Of a stretch of DNA of 47,953 nt, positions 11,799 through 25,695 are shown piece after piece; the stretch's first letter is position 1; each line of letters begins with the position of its first letter. The notes under the pieces are model-generated. The model had not been told where the DNA came from and did not search any database. It was given only the letters and a program-made list of their open reading frames with translations. Both the position numbers and the translations under genes were made by a program. The DNA lies in assembly GCF_004010195.1 (NCBI RefSeq), contig NC_057760.1, positions 3,997,867-4,045,819 of the forward strand, read 5' to 3'. The stretch is from Chiloscyllium plagiosum. Taxonomy: Eukaryota.

Positions 11799-14320
11799 AC
11801 AGACAATAGGTGCAGGAGTAGGCCATTCTGCCCTTCGAGCCTGCACCACCATTCATTATGATCATGGCTGATCATCCTCAATCAGTATCCTCTTCCTGCC
11901 TTATCTCCATAACCCTTGATTCCACTATCCAACTCTTTCTTAAACGAATCCAGAGACTGTGCCTCCACTGCCTTCTGGGGCAGAGCATTCCACACACCCA
12001 CCACTCTCTGGGTGAAGAAGTTTCTCCTCATCTCTGTCCTAAATGGNNNNNNNNNNNNNNNNNNNNNNNNNNNNNNNNNNNNNNNNNNNNNNNNNNNNNN
12101 NNNNNNNNNNNNNNNNNNNNNNNNNNNNNNNNNNNNNNNNNNNNNNNNNNNNNNNNNNNNNNNNNNNNNNNNNNNNNNNNNNNNNNNNNNNNNNNNNNNN
12201 NNNNNNNNNNNNNNNNNNNNNNNNNNNNNNNNNNNNNNNNNNNNNNNNNNNNNNNNNNNNNNNNNNNNNNNNNNNNNNNNNNNNNNNNNNNNNNNNNNNN
12301 NNNNNNNNNNNNNNNNNNNNNNNNNNNNNNNNNNNNNNNNNNNNNNNNNNNNNNNNNNNNNNNNNNNNNNNNNNNNNNNNNNNNNNNNNNNNNNNNNNNN
12401 ACCTAAATTGATTCCATTTAGGTAGTAATCTGCCTTCCTGTTCTTGCCACCAAAGTGGATAACCATACATTTATCCACATTAAACTGCATCTGCCATGCA
12501 TCTGTCCACTCACCTAAATTGTCCAGGTCACCCTGTAATCTCCTAACATCCTCCTCATATTTCACCCTGCCACCCAGCTTTGTATCATCAGCAAATTTGC
12601 TAATGTTACGATTAATACCATCTTCTATATCATTAATATATATTGTAAAAAGCTGCAGTCCCAGCACTGATCCCTGCGGTACCACACTGGTCACCGCCTG
12701 CCATTCCAAAAGGGAGCCGTTTATCAATACTCTTTGTTTCCTGTCAGCCAACCAATTTTCAATCCAAGTCAGTACTTTGCCCCCAATACCATGCGCCCTA
12801 ATTTTGCTCACTAACCTCCCATGTGGGACTTTATCAAAGGCTTTCTGAAAGTCCAGGTACACTACATCCACTGGATCTCCCTTGTCCATCTTCAGAGTTA
12901 CATCCTCAAAAATTCCAGAAGATTAGTCAAGCATGATTTCCCCTTCATAAATCCATGCTGACTCTGACCTACCCTGTTACTGCTATCCAGATGTGCCGTA
13001 ATTTTATCCTTTATAATTGACTCCAGCATCTTTCCCACCACTGAGGTCAGTCTAACTGGTCTATAATTTCCTGCTATCTCTCTCGCTCCTTTCTCAAAAA
13101 GTGGTACAACATTAGCCACCGTCCAATCCGCAGGAACTGATACCAAATCTATCGGACTCTGGAAAATAATCACCAACGCATCCACGATTTCTAGAGCCAC
13201 CTCCTTCAGTACCCTGGGATGTAGACCATCAGGCCCGGGGACTTATCAACCTTCAGACCTAACAGTCTCTCCAACACCAATTCCAGGAAAATATAAATTC
13301 CCTTCAGTTCAGGTCCTTCAGCCACTGTTACCTCTGGGAGATTGCTTGTGTCTTCCCCAGTGAACACAGATCTGAAGTACCAATTCAACTCTTCTGCCAT
13401 TTCTTTGTTCTCCGTAATATATTCCCCTGTTTCTGTCTTCAAGGGCCCAATTTGGGTCTTAACCATTATTTTCCCTTTCACATACCTAAAAAAGCTTTTA
13501 CTATCCTCCTTTACATTTTTGGCCAGTTTACCTTCGTAACTCATTTTTTGTCTGCATATTTCCTTCTTAGTAATCCTCTGTTGTTCTTTAAAAGCTTCCC
13601 AGTCCTCCATTTTCCCACTCATCTTTGCTATGTTATACTTTTTCTCTTTTGACTTTATATGTTTCTTAACTTCCCTCGTCAGCCACAGTCACCCCTGCCT
13701 CCTCATAGGATCTTTCTTCCTTTTTGGAATGAACTGATCCTGCATCTTCTGCATTATACACAGAAATATCTGACACTGTTCCTCCACTGTCATCCCTGCT
13801 AAGGTATTGCACCACTGAACTTTGGCCAGCTCCTCCCTCATAGCTCCATAGTTCCCTTTATTCAACTGAAATACAGTATTGTCACTACCGATTGTACCCT
13901 CTCCCTTTCAAATTGCAGATTGAAGCTTATTGTATTATGGTCACTACCTCCTAATGGCTCCTTCACTTCGAGGTCCCTGTTCAATTCTGGTTCGTTGCAC
14001 AATACCAGATCCAGAATTGCCTTCTCCCTGGTAGGCTCCAGCACCAGCTGTTCTAAGAATCCATCTCAGAGGCAGTCCAGAAAGTCTCTTTCTTGAGGTC
14101 CAATACCATCCCGATTCTCCCAGTCTACCTGCATGTTGAAATCCCCCATAACAACTGTAGTAACATCTTTGTGACAGGCCAATTTCAGCTCCTTATTCAA
14201 CTTACACCCTACATCCATACTGCTGTTTGGGGGCCTGTAGATAACTCCCAAGAGGGTCTTTCTACTCTTAGAATTTCTCAGCTCTATCCATACTGACTCT
14301 ACATCCCCTGATTCTAGGTC
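11799..14320 (-). mobile_element. 5'-truncated CR1 LINE (ORF2 endonuclease to RT, plus 3'UTR), fragmented by frameshifts
   Basis: GVIYRPP, MGDFN, SDHN, YLDFQKAFDKVPH, VPQGSVLG, KFADDTK, FFTQRVVGVWNALP. Confidence 0.92.
12047..12400. other. Assembly gap
   Basis: Run of N. Confidence 1.
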
Positions 14321-17300
14321 CAATTAGCACAGAGGTAATAAACAAATAAGTTGCAAATTAGCAAATGGGCAGCAGAGTTTTCGATCAGCTCGTCAATGGA
14401 AAATGGAAGTTTTTCAGTCAGGCAGTGTCTTGGGATAGCAGAGTATGGATAAGATAATCAGTGGCAGATGGCCTGGGGCAGATTGTGAAGATAGGTAAGT
14501 TAAGCAGACGATCTTGACAATAGAGGGAAATGGAGCAAAAATTTAGCACATTTTCAGACAGAGTTCTAATATTGTGAATCATCTAGATCAGAGACAACTG
14601 CCAGGTAGAGGAATGTAATTGATGTCTACAGAACACAAGACAGTGGCTTTGATCTTCTCGGTATTTAATTAGAACACATTTCATTTTGTCCAATAGTGGA
14701 TGCTGGACAAGCAGCCCAAAAAGACAGACAATGACAGGTTTAAGAGACCAGGGACTTTATTACTGCTGGATTGCATCAATATACATGTGCATGGTATGTT
14801 TTCAGATGGTGTCAACTTGGACAACATGATAAATTAGTTTGGGGGAGGGTCTCAAAAGAATGGTTCCTTAGAGGACACCAGAAGCATAGGTGCAGAATGA
14901 TAAGTGAGCCATTGCAGGAAATTCTCTTGCTACAACTGGGAAGATCAACTGTGATCAAAACAGCAAAGTCATGACTGGTTACAGCTGGTACAGTGCTGCA
15001 GCAAGAGTAGAAATCCAGCTGGAAAGGTTCAAACATAGAACTACAGACAGATAGACATGGGGTATAGAGAGTTAGAGGTTTATAGTACAGAAAAGGTCCA
15101 TTGGGTCTGGGAGGAAACAACACATCCAAAAACTTGGGTGAAGAAGGATACATAGTGGACAGTAGAAGGGTGACTAAGCGTTGGGCAGCCAGGTGGACTA
15201 CCAGTAGACTTTCTGGCTTTGTCCTACGCCAATAGGAATGAAGACGTTCCTTGCTGCCTGTCTGGATAAGAGAAAAGTCTGCAGGGAAGACTAGCAAACT
15301 GTTGCATCATGCATATTAGACTTCAGCTGTTCATTCTTAGCTTTTCTCCTCCACTATCTAGAGCAAGAAGCTTGCTATCAGCATAAGAAAAACTAAAAAT
15401 CAATCATAACATTTAACTTCAACTTTTACTTTCTAATATTATCAACTAATTTATCTCAAACTACACTTTTGTGCAAACTGCTGAATAATCCTCAATAATG
15501 GAAAATCTGTTTCACTTCACTGTATCTGTAAATTCCATGGGAAAAAGTCAGGCCACGTGAATATGATTTGGTGCATGCATACATACACAAATGACATAAA
15601 ACAAAAGGAGAGGAGACACCATTTGGTACATGAAACTCACCCCAAAAAGCCAGAACAAAGCCATGTACACTGCAACTTACCTTCTAACTACCCCATTCAT
15701 GAGAGAAAAAACAAAAAAAAAAGGTAAATTTTGAAGAAATTCCTCCAACTCTCTGAACCAACCTTGGAGCCTGAAGTAACCTAGGAAGTCTCCTATCTGC
15801 AACTCAACTACAAATTTCCTTTGAACAGGAAATGTCTGCCTTTGTTTGGAAGGGCAAAAGGGAATCTGCACTCATTTCATCTTGGTGGGTAACAGCTATG
15901 GGGGCCCACAAACTCTGACACCCACACACTGACACTGGCCTTTACCAAGACTCATGTCGTCATTTTGTTTGACTGGCACAAACTTGATGGGCTGAATGGC
16001 CCTCTTCTGTCCTGTGAACACCTGTCTTTCATATCTGCGCCCATCTAAATTCCAAACCCAAGCTTTTCCTATTTCAGTGGTCAGGCCAAAGGCTCCGGAA
16101 TTCCCTCCCTGTCCGACTCAGTCTCTCTCTTCTGACCAATCTTTCAGTTAGCTGATTAATATTGCCTTATATGGCTCTGTATTACTGTGTTCTAGAATAC
16201 ATATATGAAGTGCAGAAGCTTGTAAGTTTAAGACCACAATACAAATATAATGTTGCTGTCTGACCCAGGAAATGTAATAGATAAGAATACAGTCATTTTA
16301 AAAGTATTTTTAAATAGTTAGAAGCATTAAGCACTAGAAAACCAATGGACTGATGAAAACCAAAGGAAGTAACAGAAACAAAACTGAACATTGCCTTTTC
16401 AGCATGTTGTGTGACTGTCAGCACACTTCAGCCATATACTGTATCTGGCTCTTCCAAGTTGGTAGGAGTCAGTCACCACCCCAATTTACGCTCTCATTGA
16501 AACTAATTACATAGATCGTCAGTGCCACTCCTCGTTGCCTTGTTTGAATACTGACTTAAATGGGATCATCTGCTAATTATAGTTCATTAGAATACATACC
16601 AGACAAAACAACGGAAAAAATTGGAGGAATGACGTTTTAAAGAATAGATGCTTTGCCAAAGAATTTTATGCTTCAATCAGACTTATGCTAACCACATGCT
16701 CCAGTTTAAGAAATGACTTAAAGCAATGTTTGTTCTTTATCTCATTAATCATTTATTTTGTAGCCAATTTCCTCAAAAAAAGTTTCAGCTTATAACTACT
16801 GATCTATAAACATCAACATTCATAAATTGTCTCCACTAAACAGTGCAGAAATTTAGTGAGTGAACAACCCAGATCCACAGGCCCAGAAAACAAGTTCCAT
16901 CAAAAACTCTAAAATCCCTCCATAACAGATTACGTCTAGCCTGCAAAAGAGGAGTAATAATCCACAGGAATAGTAACTTTTCCAGTAGAAAAGGGAGGCA
17001 ACAAAACTCCAGTGAGGGCTCCAGCTTTGGTTTGCCTTGGACAGCAATTTTTTTAACCCAAATAAATTTTTCCCTGTTCCATAGTTTTGGACTAAACAAA
17101 CAGAGCTACATTACCTGGGTGGATCAATTGTAGGCTTGGCACAGGTTGAAAATGTGACCTACAGGCCACAATGGGTCAGGCCAATAAATACATTTCTAGA
17201 AGAAAAAAATTACTCCATTTGGAAAAAATAATGACTACGTTTCTACAGCAAAGCTGTAAATTGTCATTTCAGGTTAAATTTCAAAGGAGTTATTCATCCT

Positions 17301-17518
17301 ATAATATCTGTGCTAGCCCCTCGAAAGTGTCCAATGTCAGCCCACATCCCAGCTTTTCCCCAGTAGTCCACAAATGAGATTTGTTCAAATACAAATCCAA
17401 TTGCCTATTCAAAGTTCTTCTGAATTCTCATAATTCTCATTCCCTTTCAGGGAGCATAGTCCAGGTCACAAAACATCTGCCTGAAGAAAGTCTGAGTTTT
17501 CCCTCTAGCTGACTTGCC

Positions 17519-17770
17519 ATTGCTCAGGTGGTAGTACACTCAACCCAATCAGAAAGTTGACAATTCAAGTGACACTCCAGACCATCTGTAAATAAATCAA
17601 GGCTGACAATCCAGTGTAATGCCGAGAGTGTCACACTGACAGAGGTTCTTGATACTGAACTAAGGCCGTGTACATCTTCCCAGGTGGATGTAAAGGATCC
17701 CACATCAATGTCTTGAAGAGCAAGTGAGTAATTTTGAGTCTCCTGATCAATATCTCTAAATCTGCATCAT
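17519..17770 (+). mobile_element. Old tRNA-derived SINE with Deu domain (SacSINE1/DeuSINE-like)
   Basis: Degenerate A/B-box head (GCTCAGGTGGTAG..TTCAAGT) followed by CAGGTGGATGTAAAGGATCCCA..GAAGAGCA..TCCTGATCAATAT, resembling the Deu core as recalled. Confidence 0.6.
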
Positions 17771-17934
17771 GAAATGGTTAATACAAACATATGAACTAGA
17801 ATAACAAAGTTAATCAGCCAACTGAGCTGCTTGGAGATATTTTCTAAACCACTTGTTCACAGGTATTATTCTGTACCTCTGAAACAGGTGGGACTTGAAC
17901 TCTGATCTCCTGGTTCAGAGGAATGGACATTTGC

Positions 17935-18640
17935 CTTGGTACAAATATGGACAAAAGAGCAGAATTCCAGAAATGACATGAGAGTGACGGCCCTTGACAT
18001 CAAGGTTACATTCAACATCAATGGGTATCGGGGGCAAGATCTGCACTGGTTGAAGTCATACCTACCACATAGGTAGATGGTTGTGGTTATTGGAGATCTG
18101 TCATCTCAGCTCCAGGATATCTCTGCAGGAGTTCCTCAGGGGAGTGCCCTAGGCCCAACCATCTTCAGCTGCTTCATCAATGACCTTCCCTACATCATAA
18201 GGTGAGAAGTTTGAAAGTTTGCCAATGATTGCACCATGTTCAGCACCGTTCACGATTCCTCAGACACCAAAGCAATCCACATTCAAATGCAACAAGGTCC
18301 GGACAATATTTAGATTTGGGCTGACAAGTGGCAAGTAACATTCCTACCATACAATGTCAGGCTATGACCATCACCAATAAGAGACAATCTAACAACTCCC
18401 CATGAACATTCAATGGTGTTACCATCACTGAATTCTCCCCCCTTGCAGCAGTTCAAGAAGACAAGCAGGAGGCTGGAAGAACATAGCAAGCCAGACACCA
18501 TCAGGAGGTGGAGAAGTCAATGTTTTGGGGATGCCCACTTTGAAGCAGTTCAAGAAGGCAGCATACCACCATCTTCTCAAGGGCAACTAGGGACAGGTAA
18601 TAAATGCTGGCCAGTCATTGACGCCCACAAAGGAATAATA
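17935..18640 (+). mobile_element. Old LINE RT fragment (CR1/L2 group)
   Basis: GVPQGSALGPTIFSCFINDLP..KFANDCT readable at ~18128-18240. Confidence 0.7.
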
Positions 18641-18805
18641 AGAAAAACTACTGCTGCACCTGAAGAGCTCTCTGGCCTGCTCTGTCATTCTACAACATCA
18701 GTGCTGGTCTGATTGTGACCTTAACTCCACACTTACACATTTTCCCAACAAGGATATTATTAGCTGGAGAGGGTTCAGAAGAGATATACCAGGATGTTGC
18801 CAGGT

Positions 18806-21800
18806 ATAGAGATTCATAGAGATGTACAGCTTGGAAACAGGCCCTAAACCTATGCCCTCTGGTTCTGGACTCCCCAACCCCAGGGAAAAGACTTTGCCTA
18901 TTTATCCTATCCATGCCCCTCATAATTTTGTTAACCTCTATAAGGTCTCCCCTCAGCATCCAACGCTCCAGGTAAAACAGCCCCAGCCTATATAGCCTCT
19001 CCCTACAGCTCAAATCCTCCAACCCTGGCAACATCCTTGTAAATCTTTTCTGAACCCTTTCAAGTTTCACAACATCTTTCCAATAGGAAGGAGACCAGAC
19101 TTGCAGGCAACATTCCAACAGTGGCCTAACCAATGTCCTGTACATCCGCAACATGACCTCCCAACTCCTGTACTCAATACTCTGACCAATAAAAGAAACA
19201 TACCAAACGCCTTCTTCACTATCCTATCTACCTGCGACTCCACTTTCAAGGAGCTATGAACCTGCACTCCAAGGTCTCTTTGTTCAGTAACACTCCTTAG
19301 GACCTTACCATTAGGTGTATAAGTCCTGCTAAGATTTGCTTTCCCAAAATGCAGCACCTCGCATTTATCTGAATTAAACTCCATCTGCCACTTCTCAGCC
19401 CATTGGCCCATCTGGTCAAGATCCTGTTGTAATCAGAGGTAGCCCTCTTCGCTGTCCACTATACCTCCAATTTTGGTGTCATCTGCAAACTTACTAACTG
19501 TACCTCTTACGCTGGCATCCAAATCATTTATGTAAATAACAAAAAGTAGAGGACCCAGCATCAATCCTTGTGGCACTCCACTGGTCACAGGCCTCCAGTC
19601 TGAAAAACAACCCTCCAACATCACCCTATGTCTTCTACCTTTGAGTCAGTTCTGTATTCACATGGCTAGTTCTCCCTGTATTCTATGAGATCTAACCTTG
19701 CTAATCAGTCACCCAAGGGGAACCTTGTCGAACGCCTTACTGAAGTCTATATAGATAACATCTACCACTCTGCCCTCATCAATCCTCTTTGTTACTTCTT
19801 CAAAAAACTCAATCAAGTTTGTGAGACATGGTTTCCCATGAACAAAGCCATGTTGACTATCCCTAATCAGTCCTTGCCTTTCCAAATACATGCACATCCT
19901 GTCCCTCAGGATTCCCTCCAACAACTTGCCCACCACCGACGTCAGGCTCACTGGTCTATAGTTCTTTGGCTTGTCCTTACTACCCTTCTTAAAAAGTGGC
20001 ACCACGTTAGCCAACCTCCAGTCTTCTGGCACCTTACTTGTGACGATCGATGATACAAATATCTCAGCAAGAGGCCCAGCAATTACTTCCCTAGCTTCCC
20101 ACAGAGTTCGAGGGTACAAAATATCAGGTCCTGGGGATTTATGCATTTCAAGACATCCAGCACTTCATCCTCTGTAATCTGCACGTTTTGCAAGATGTCT
20201 ATATCTTCCATATCCTTTTCTATAGTAAATACTGATGCAAAATATTCATTTAGTATCTCCCCCATTTTCTGCAACTCCACACAAAGGCCGCCTTTCTGAT
20301 CTTTGAGAGGCCCTATTCTCTCCCTAGTTACCATTTTGTCCTTAATGTATTTGTAAAAACCCTTTGGATTCTCCTTAATTCTATTTGCCAAAGCTATCTC
20401 AAGTCCCCTTTCTGCCCTCCTGATTTCCCTCTTAAGTATACTCCTACTTCCTTTATACTCTTCCAAGGATTCACTCGATCTATCCTGTCTATACCTGATG
20501 AATGCTTCCTTCTTTTTCTTAATCAAACCCTCAATTTCTTTAGTCATTTCCCATATCTACCGGCCTTTCCTTTCACCCTAACAGGAATATACTTTCTCTA
20601 GATTCTCATTATGTCATTTCTGAAGGCTTCCCATTTTCCAGCCGTTCCTTTACCTGCGAACATCTGCCTCCAATCAATTTTTGAAAGTTCTTGCCTAATA
20701 CCGTCAAAATTGGCCTTTCTCCAATTTAGAACTTCAACTTTTAGATCTGGTCTATCCTTTTCCATCACTGTTTCAATTCTAATGGAATTATGGTCGCTGG
20801 CCCCAAAGCGCTCCCCGACTGTCACCTCATTATTTCCTGCCTTATTTCCTAAGAGTAGGTCACGTTTTGCACCTTCTCTCGTAGGTAACGTTTTGTACCT
20901 TCTCTAGTAGGTATATCCACATACTGAATCAGAAAATTGTCTTGTATGAAATTCCTCTCCATCTAAACCTTTAACACTGTGGTAGTTCCAGTCGATGTTT
21001 GGAAAGTTAAAATCCCCTACCATAACCACCCTATTATTCTTACAGATAGCTGAGATCTCCTTACAAGTTTGTTTCTCAATTTCCCTCTGACTATTAGGGG
21101 GTCTATAATACAATCCCAATAAGGTGAGCATCCATTTCTTATTTTTCAGTTCCACTCAAATAACTTCCCTGGATGTATTTCCGGGAATATCCTCCCTCAG
21201 CCCCCCTCCTCTCTTGCCTCCTTTTCTATCCTTCCTGTAGTATTTGTATCCTGGAACATTAAGCTGTCAGTTCGGCCCAACCCTGAACCATGTTTCTTTA
21301 CTTGTTATGATATCCCCGTCCCATGTTCCTAACTATTAGATTAGATTACTTACAGTGTGGAAACAGGCCCTTCGGCCCAACAAGTCCACACCGACCCGCC
21401 GAAGCGCAACCCACCCAGACCCATTCCCCTACATTTGCCCCTGCACCTAACACTACGGGCAATTTAGCGTGGCCAATTCACCTGACCTGCACATTTTTGG
21501 ACTGTGGGAGGAAACCGGAGCACCCGGAGGAAACCCATGCAGACACGGGGAGAATGTGCAAACTCCACACAATCAGTCGCCCGAGGCAGGAATTGAACCC
21601 GAGTCTCTGGCGCTGTGAGGCAGCAGTGCTAACCACTGTGCCACCGTGCCGCCCACTATGCCCTGAATTGATCTGCCTTCCCTGTAATGGCCCCTTGCAT
21701 TGAAATACATACAGTTTAATTTATTAGTCCTATCTCGCCCCTGCTTGCCCTGACTATTTGACTCACTTGTTCTCAACTAATCCTCCCGAGCAGCTCTAGC

Positions 21801-21906
21801 AAATCTCCCTGCCAGTATATTAGTCCCCTTCCAATTTAGTTGCAATCCATCCTTCTTGCACACGTCACTTCTACCCCAAAAGAGATTCCAATGATCCAAA
21901 AATGTG
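18806..21906 (-). mobile_element. Long CR1 LINE (end of ORF1, all of ORF2 in fragments, deleted 3'UTR); same subfamily as 3407-6720 and 45691-46730
   Basis: Chain of minus ORFs with endonuclease and RT motifs. It splits an older plus-strand CR1 3' fragment (18755-18808 continues at ~21905-22330). Confidence 0.92.
21335..21654 (-). mobile_element. Full-length tRNA-derived SINE (HE1/V-SINE type)
   Basis: Head GGGCGGCACGGTGGCACAGTGGTTAGC..GGTTCAATTCC, V-domain-like core GTGTGGAGTTTGCACATTCTCCCCGTGTCTGC, CR1-like tail ending (TAATC)n, ACTAT duplication. Confidence 0.9.
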
Positions 21907-22330
21907 AGGCTTGAGTTATAAAGGGAGGCTGGGACTAGTTTCAATGGAACATAGGAGATTAAGAAGTGAATTTAGAGAAGTTTGTAAAATAATGAGGGGT
22001 ATATATAGAGTTAATGGTAGTTATCCTTTCCTAGGATGGGAGAATTTCAAGACTGGGGGCACATTTTTTTAGGTAAGGAGAAAGACTTAAAAAATACATG
22101 AGTAGCAATTTTTTTTACACAGAGGGTGGTTCACATGTGGAACGAATTTCCTGAGGAAATGGTGGATGCAGGTACAATTACAACGTTGAAAAGACATTTG
22201 GATTAAGTACATGAAAAGGAAAGGGTAGTGGGATGTGGGCCAGCAGCAGGAAGGTCAGACTAGATTAGTTTGGGATTATGTTTGGCATGAACTAGTTGGA
22301 TCGAAGAGTCTGTTTCTATGCTGTACGAAC
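21905..22330 (+). mobile_element. CR1 3'-end fragment
   Basis: FFTQRVV..WN-type ORF2 C-terminus and 3'UTR ending GTCTGTTTCTATGCTGTA. Confidence 0.75.
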
Positions 22331-22711
22331 CTGATTCAATGATAATCATCAACTCACTTCTTAGTCAACAATCCATCTAGCTCTGCTGCAAAAATGCTCA
22401 ATGACCATACTCTGTTGAGAAGAGTATCCCAAAAACTAACCAGCAGCTGGTTTCTCCTTATTCTTAAACTGTGTTCCCTAATCTAGTCTTGCCCTTATGG
22501 GAAAACATCCCTTCAGTATTCACTCCAAGATCCTGTCTCATTCTTCTAAGGTCCAGTGGATGTAGACACAAGCTAATCAACCTTTCCTCATAAGATAATT
22601 CCTGCCATTCCAAATTTCAGCTGAGTGAATCTTCTCAACAGCATCTAATGCACTTATATTTTAAGAGAGATCATCAAAACTGAACACAGAATCCCACATG
22701 TGGTCTCATTA

Positions 22712-22932
22712 ATAGAACATAGAAAAGTACCGCACAGAACAGGGCCTTCGGTCCACAATGTTGTGCCGAGGATTAACCCTAATGTAAAATAAAATAACCT
22801 AATCTAGGCACCCCTCAATTCACTGCTGTCCATGTGCATGTCTAGCAGTCGCTTAAATGTCTGTAATGAGTCTGCTTCCACCACCACCACTGGCAACGCA
22901 TTCCATGCATTCACAACTCTCTGCGTAAAGAA
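22712..22932 (-). mobile_element. CR1 3'-end fragment
   Basis: FFTQRVVNAWNALP..FKRLLD and a (TTCTATG)-type tail. Confidence 0.8.
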
Positions 22933-25620
22933 ATGGTCTGCATAATGGTCCATATAAATACGGCAAAACAACTCTCCTTTTATATTCCATTTTATGATGG
23001 TCATCATAAACACCTTTTGAGAACTTGCTGTATGCAAACTAACTGTTGGGGTTCCAACATAACAATCATCTAGTTTCAGAATTACCTGTAATTAATTTGT
23101 TGTAAAACATTTTGCCCAATGGTGTTGTAGAAGTGGAAGTCTTTCAAAAATCTTCAGAAGTAAATCAATGAATTGTGGCATCACCACAGCTGCGACATAA
23201 ACTATCAACCAATGTGCCAGAATATCACAACAGGCTCCCACCAGAAAACTCTGTATAGTAAGATTTGTTCAGCAACATTTTACATTTGCAACCTTACTAA
23301 CAGATATGTCAGTTACAAAACACACTGTTCACTTGTATGACATAGCTAAAATCCAGTTAAAACTGCTGATCCAAAAAGGCCTTGCTTTTCAACTGTAAAG
23401 AGAGTTAAGGTTTGGACTTCCTATGCAGTTCCTATGGGCAACATTCCAAAGTAAAACTCTAGACAGATAATTCTGAATTTTCTTTTCAAGAAGTAAAGAT
23501 TCAGAATTGTGGAAGGGCTGAAGGGGCACAGATATAAAAAAGCAAATGGGACGTGGGTCTTTGTTTTAAGGGGATCAGAATATAATGTGGAGGAAGTAAT
23601 ATTTCAGTTGTACACAGACTTGGTCAAATCCCACCTCAGGATCTGTAATCTTGGTAGTATATCTCAGGAAAGAAATTGCTGGCCTTGAACAGAGCTTCAC
23701 AAGAATTGGTCGGTTGCTTCAAGTGTCAAGCTATGCCAGCAAGTTGCTCAAATTGATAAATAATTAGGTGTATTTGTGTAGTTGAATTGTAATCTATTAA
23801 AATATTTAAAATAGTAGAGATTCTCAAGGGTGATACTTATTTGGCTGGTGGAGGAAATCAAGTCTACGAGTTAGAATATTAACATTAGTACTGGGTTATT
23901 CAGGAGGAACATTAGAAAGCACATTTCCCAAATAAGGGCAGATGCAATCTGACACTATCCCTAAGAACAGCTGAGTGATCTGACTAAAAGAAGTGTTGAA
24001 GGAGGAGACTGACAGATTTTATGGGAGATAAATGTATCATGGGATATAAGCAAAGTGAGAAAATGGAATGGACATCCAGTTCAACCACGATCCAAATGAA
24101 GGACGATACATTCAAAGTGTTGAGTAGTCTCCTTAAAATTGAGGTATATTGATTAGGGAGATAGGAAAAGACTGCCCTATCCCAAGCGGGCATAGCTTTG
24201 AGGTGAAGAGACAGGAGGAAAATGTTTTCACCCAGCAGGTTGTGGCAACCTGGAACTCACTCCCTGTAAGGGAGGAATGATCGAGGCAAAACTCTTCATG
24301 TCATTAAACCAAAATATAGATCTAAACTTGTGATGCCAAAGGCTATCATAAAAGGCTGTTCACCAAGTGCTGGAAAAGGGGAAAATGAAGACTTAACTGG
24401 TTGTTTTTGACTTTGATTCGAAGGACCTTTTCTGTGCAGTAGACATCTGTGATAGTTTTGTTACTCTGTACTAATGGTATGTTGAATATAAACCCATTGC
24501 ATCATTGTCAGTATCGCAGAATATAGGAACAGGAGGAGATGACTCAACACTTTGAATGTATCATCCTTCATTTGGGTCATGGATCTCAATCATGTCCCCT
24601 CTCTGCTCCATGCAAAATAACTCCAACCCATCCACACACTTCATAACTAAGACTCTTCTGCCCAAACATTATCCTGGTGAATCTCCTCTGCATCTTCTCC
24701 AGTGCAATCACATCATTCCTGACTGATCTGGAAATGCCCAGGAGTACAAGAACATTCCTTCAGGAAATAGCCCAATTTTAAAAAAAAAGTTTTAAAAACA
24801 GAGATGGGGATTATTTTATAAAAGGTGGATATTGCTGAACATGATGAAATGAAGCAATCCAGACATTAACTTGACATCCTTTCGTCAGTCTTAAACATTC
24901 ATCAGAATTAGCCTTACACAAGACAGTATATTACATTTTTCACATTCTTTTGCTATTCAACAAACAAAACTTGGAAAGAATCAGATTTCATTAGATCATA
25001 ACCATTTGGTGATTGGAGGAAATCTCAGTGATCAGTGTGAACAGCAGGTGAAATTTCCCAACCAGCGTGTTGACAGTGAACAACAGACTCTCTGTCGTTC
25101 AAGGCTTTCTGTTCAAACCATGGATCATGCAAGGCTTCACATTCTTGACATCACAATGAAAACAAATTTAATAGTCCAGAGTTTCTGAAAGGAAGCCGGT
25201 CATTGCACAGGCTGGACTGGATTTGCATGAAGTTTTGTCTCCATGGGAAGTGACCAGCAGATCGAAATCACATGGTATCTGGAGCCCTCTGAAAAAGTTG
25301 CCAGTTCTGTCTTTCAGTTGGGAGACTTCAGGAGAGTGACTCAAAGGATCTGTTTCCATGCTGTACATCTCTATGACTCTGACTCGCTTAAGCTTAAGTA
25401 GTTACCTCGGAAAGGCAAAAAAAAGGAAAGCCTTCAAAAATGAGGTCGAGTCCAGAGACAGTATGGTCCTATCGGGGTGAAGGGTAAGGCTGACAGGGTG
25501 CAGGAAACGCTGAATGACTAGAGAAATTGATGATTTGGAGATGCCGGTGTTGGACTGGGGTGTACAAAGTTAAAAATCACACAACACCAGGTTATAGTCC
25601 AACAGGTTTAATTGGAAGCA

Positions 25621-25655
25621 CACTAGCTTTCGGAGCGACGGTCCTTCATCAGGTG
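25621..25655 (-). ncRNA. Minimal type-I hammerhead ribozyme (family 2)
   Basis: CAC-CUGAUGA-AGGACCGUCGCUCC-GAAA-GC-UA^-GUG; one mismatch in stem II. Confidence 0.75.
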
Positions 25656-25660
25656 ATTGT

Positions 25661-25695
25661 CACCTGATGAAGGAGCGTCGCTCCGAAAGCTAGTG
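25661..25695 (+). ncRNA. Minimal type-I hammerhead ribozyme (family 2)
   Basis: CAC-CUGAUGA-A-GGAGC-GUC-GCUCC-GAAA-GC-UA^-GUG: stem I CAC/GUG, 5-bp stem II, palindromic AGCU at helix III. Confidence 0.85.

Noticed and set aside
14812..15297. 161-aa ORF
   Set aside because: Non-ATG start, no recognisable domain or splice context; lies in decayed repeat-like sequence.
21580..21654. tRNA gene
   Set aside because: tRNA-derived SINE head continuous with the SINE body and tail.
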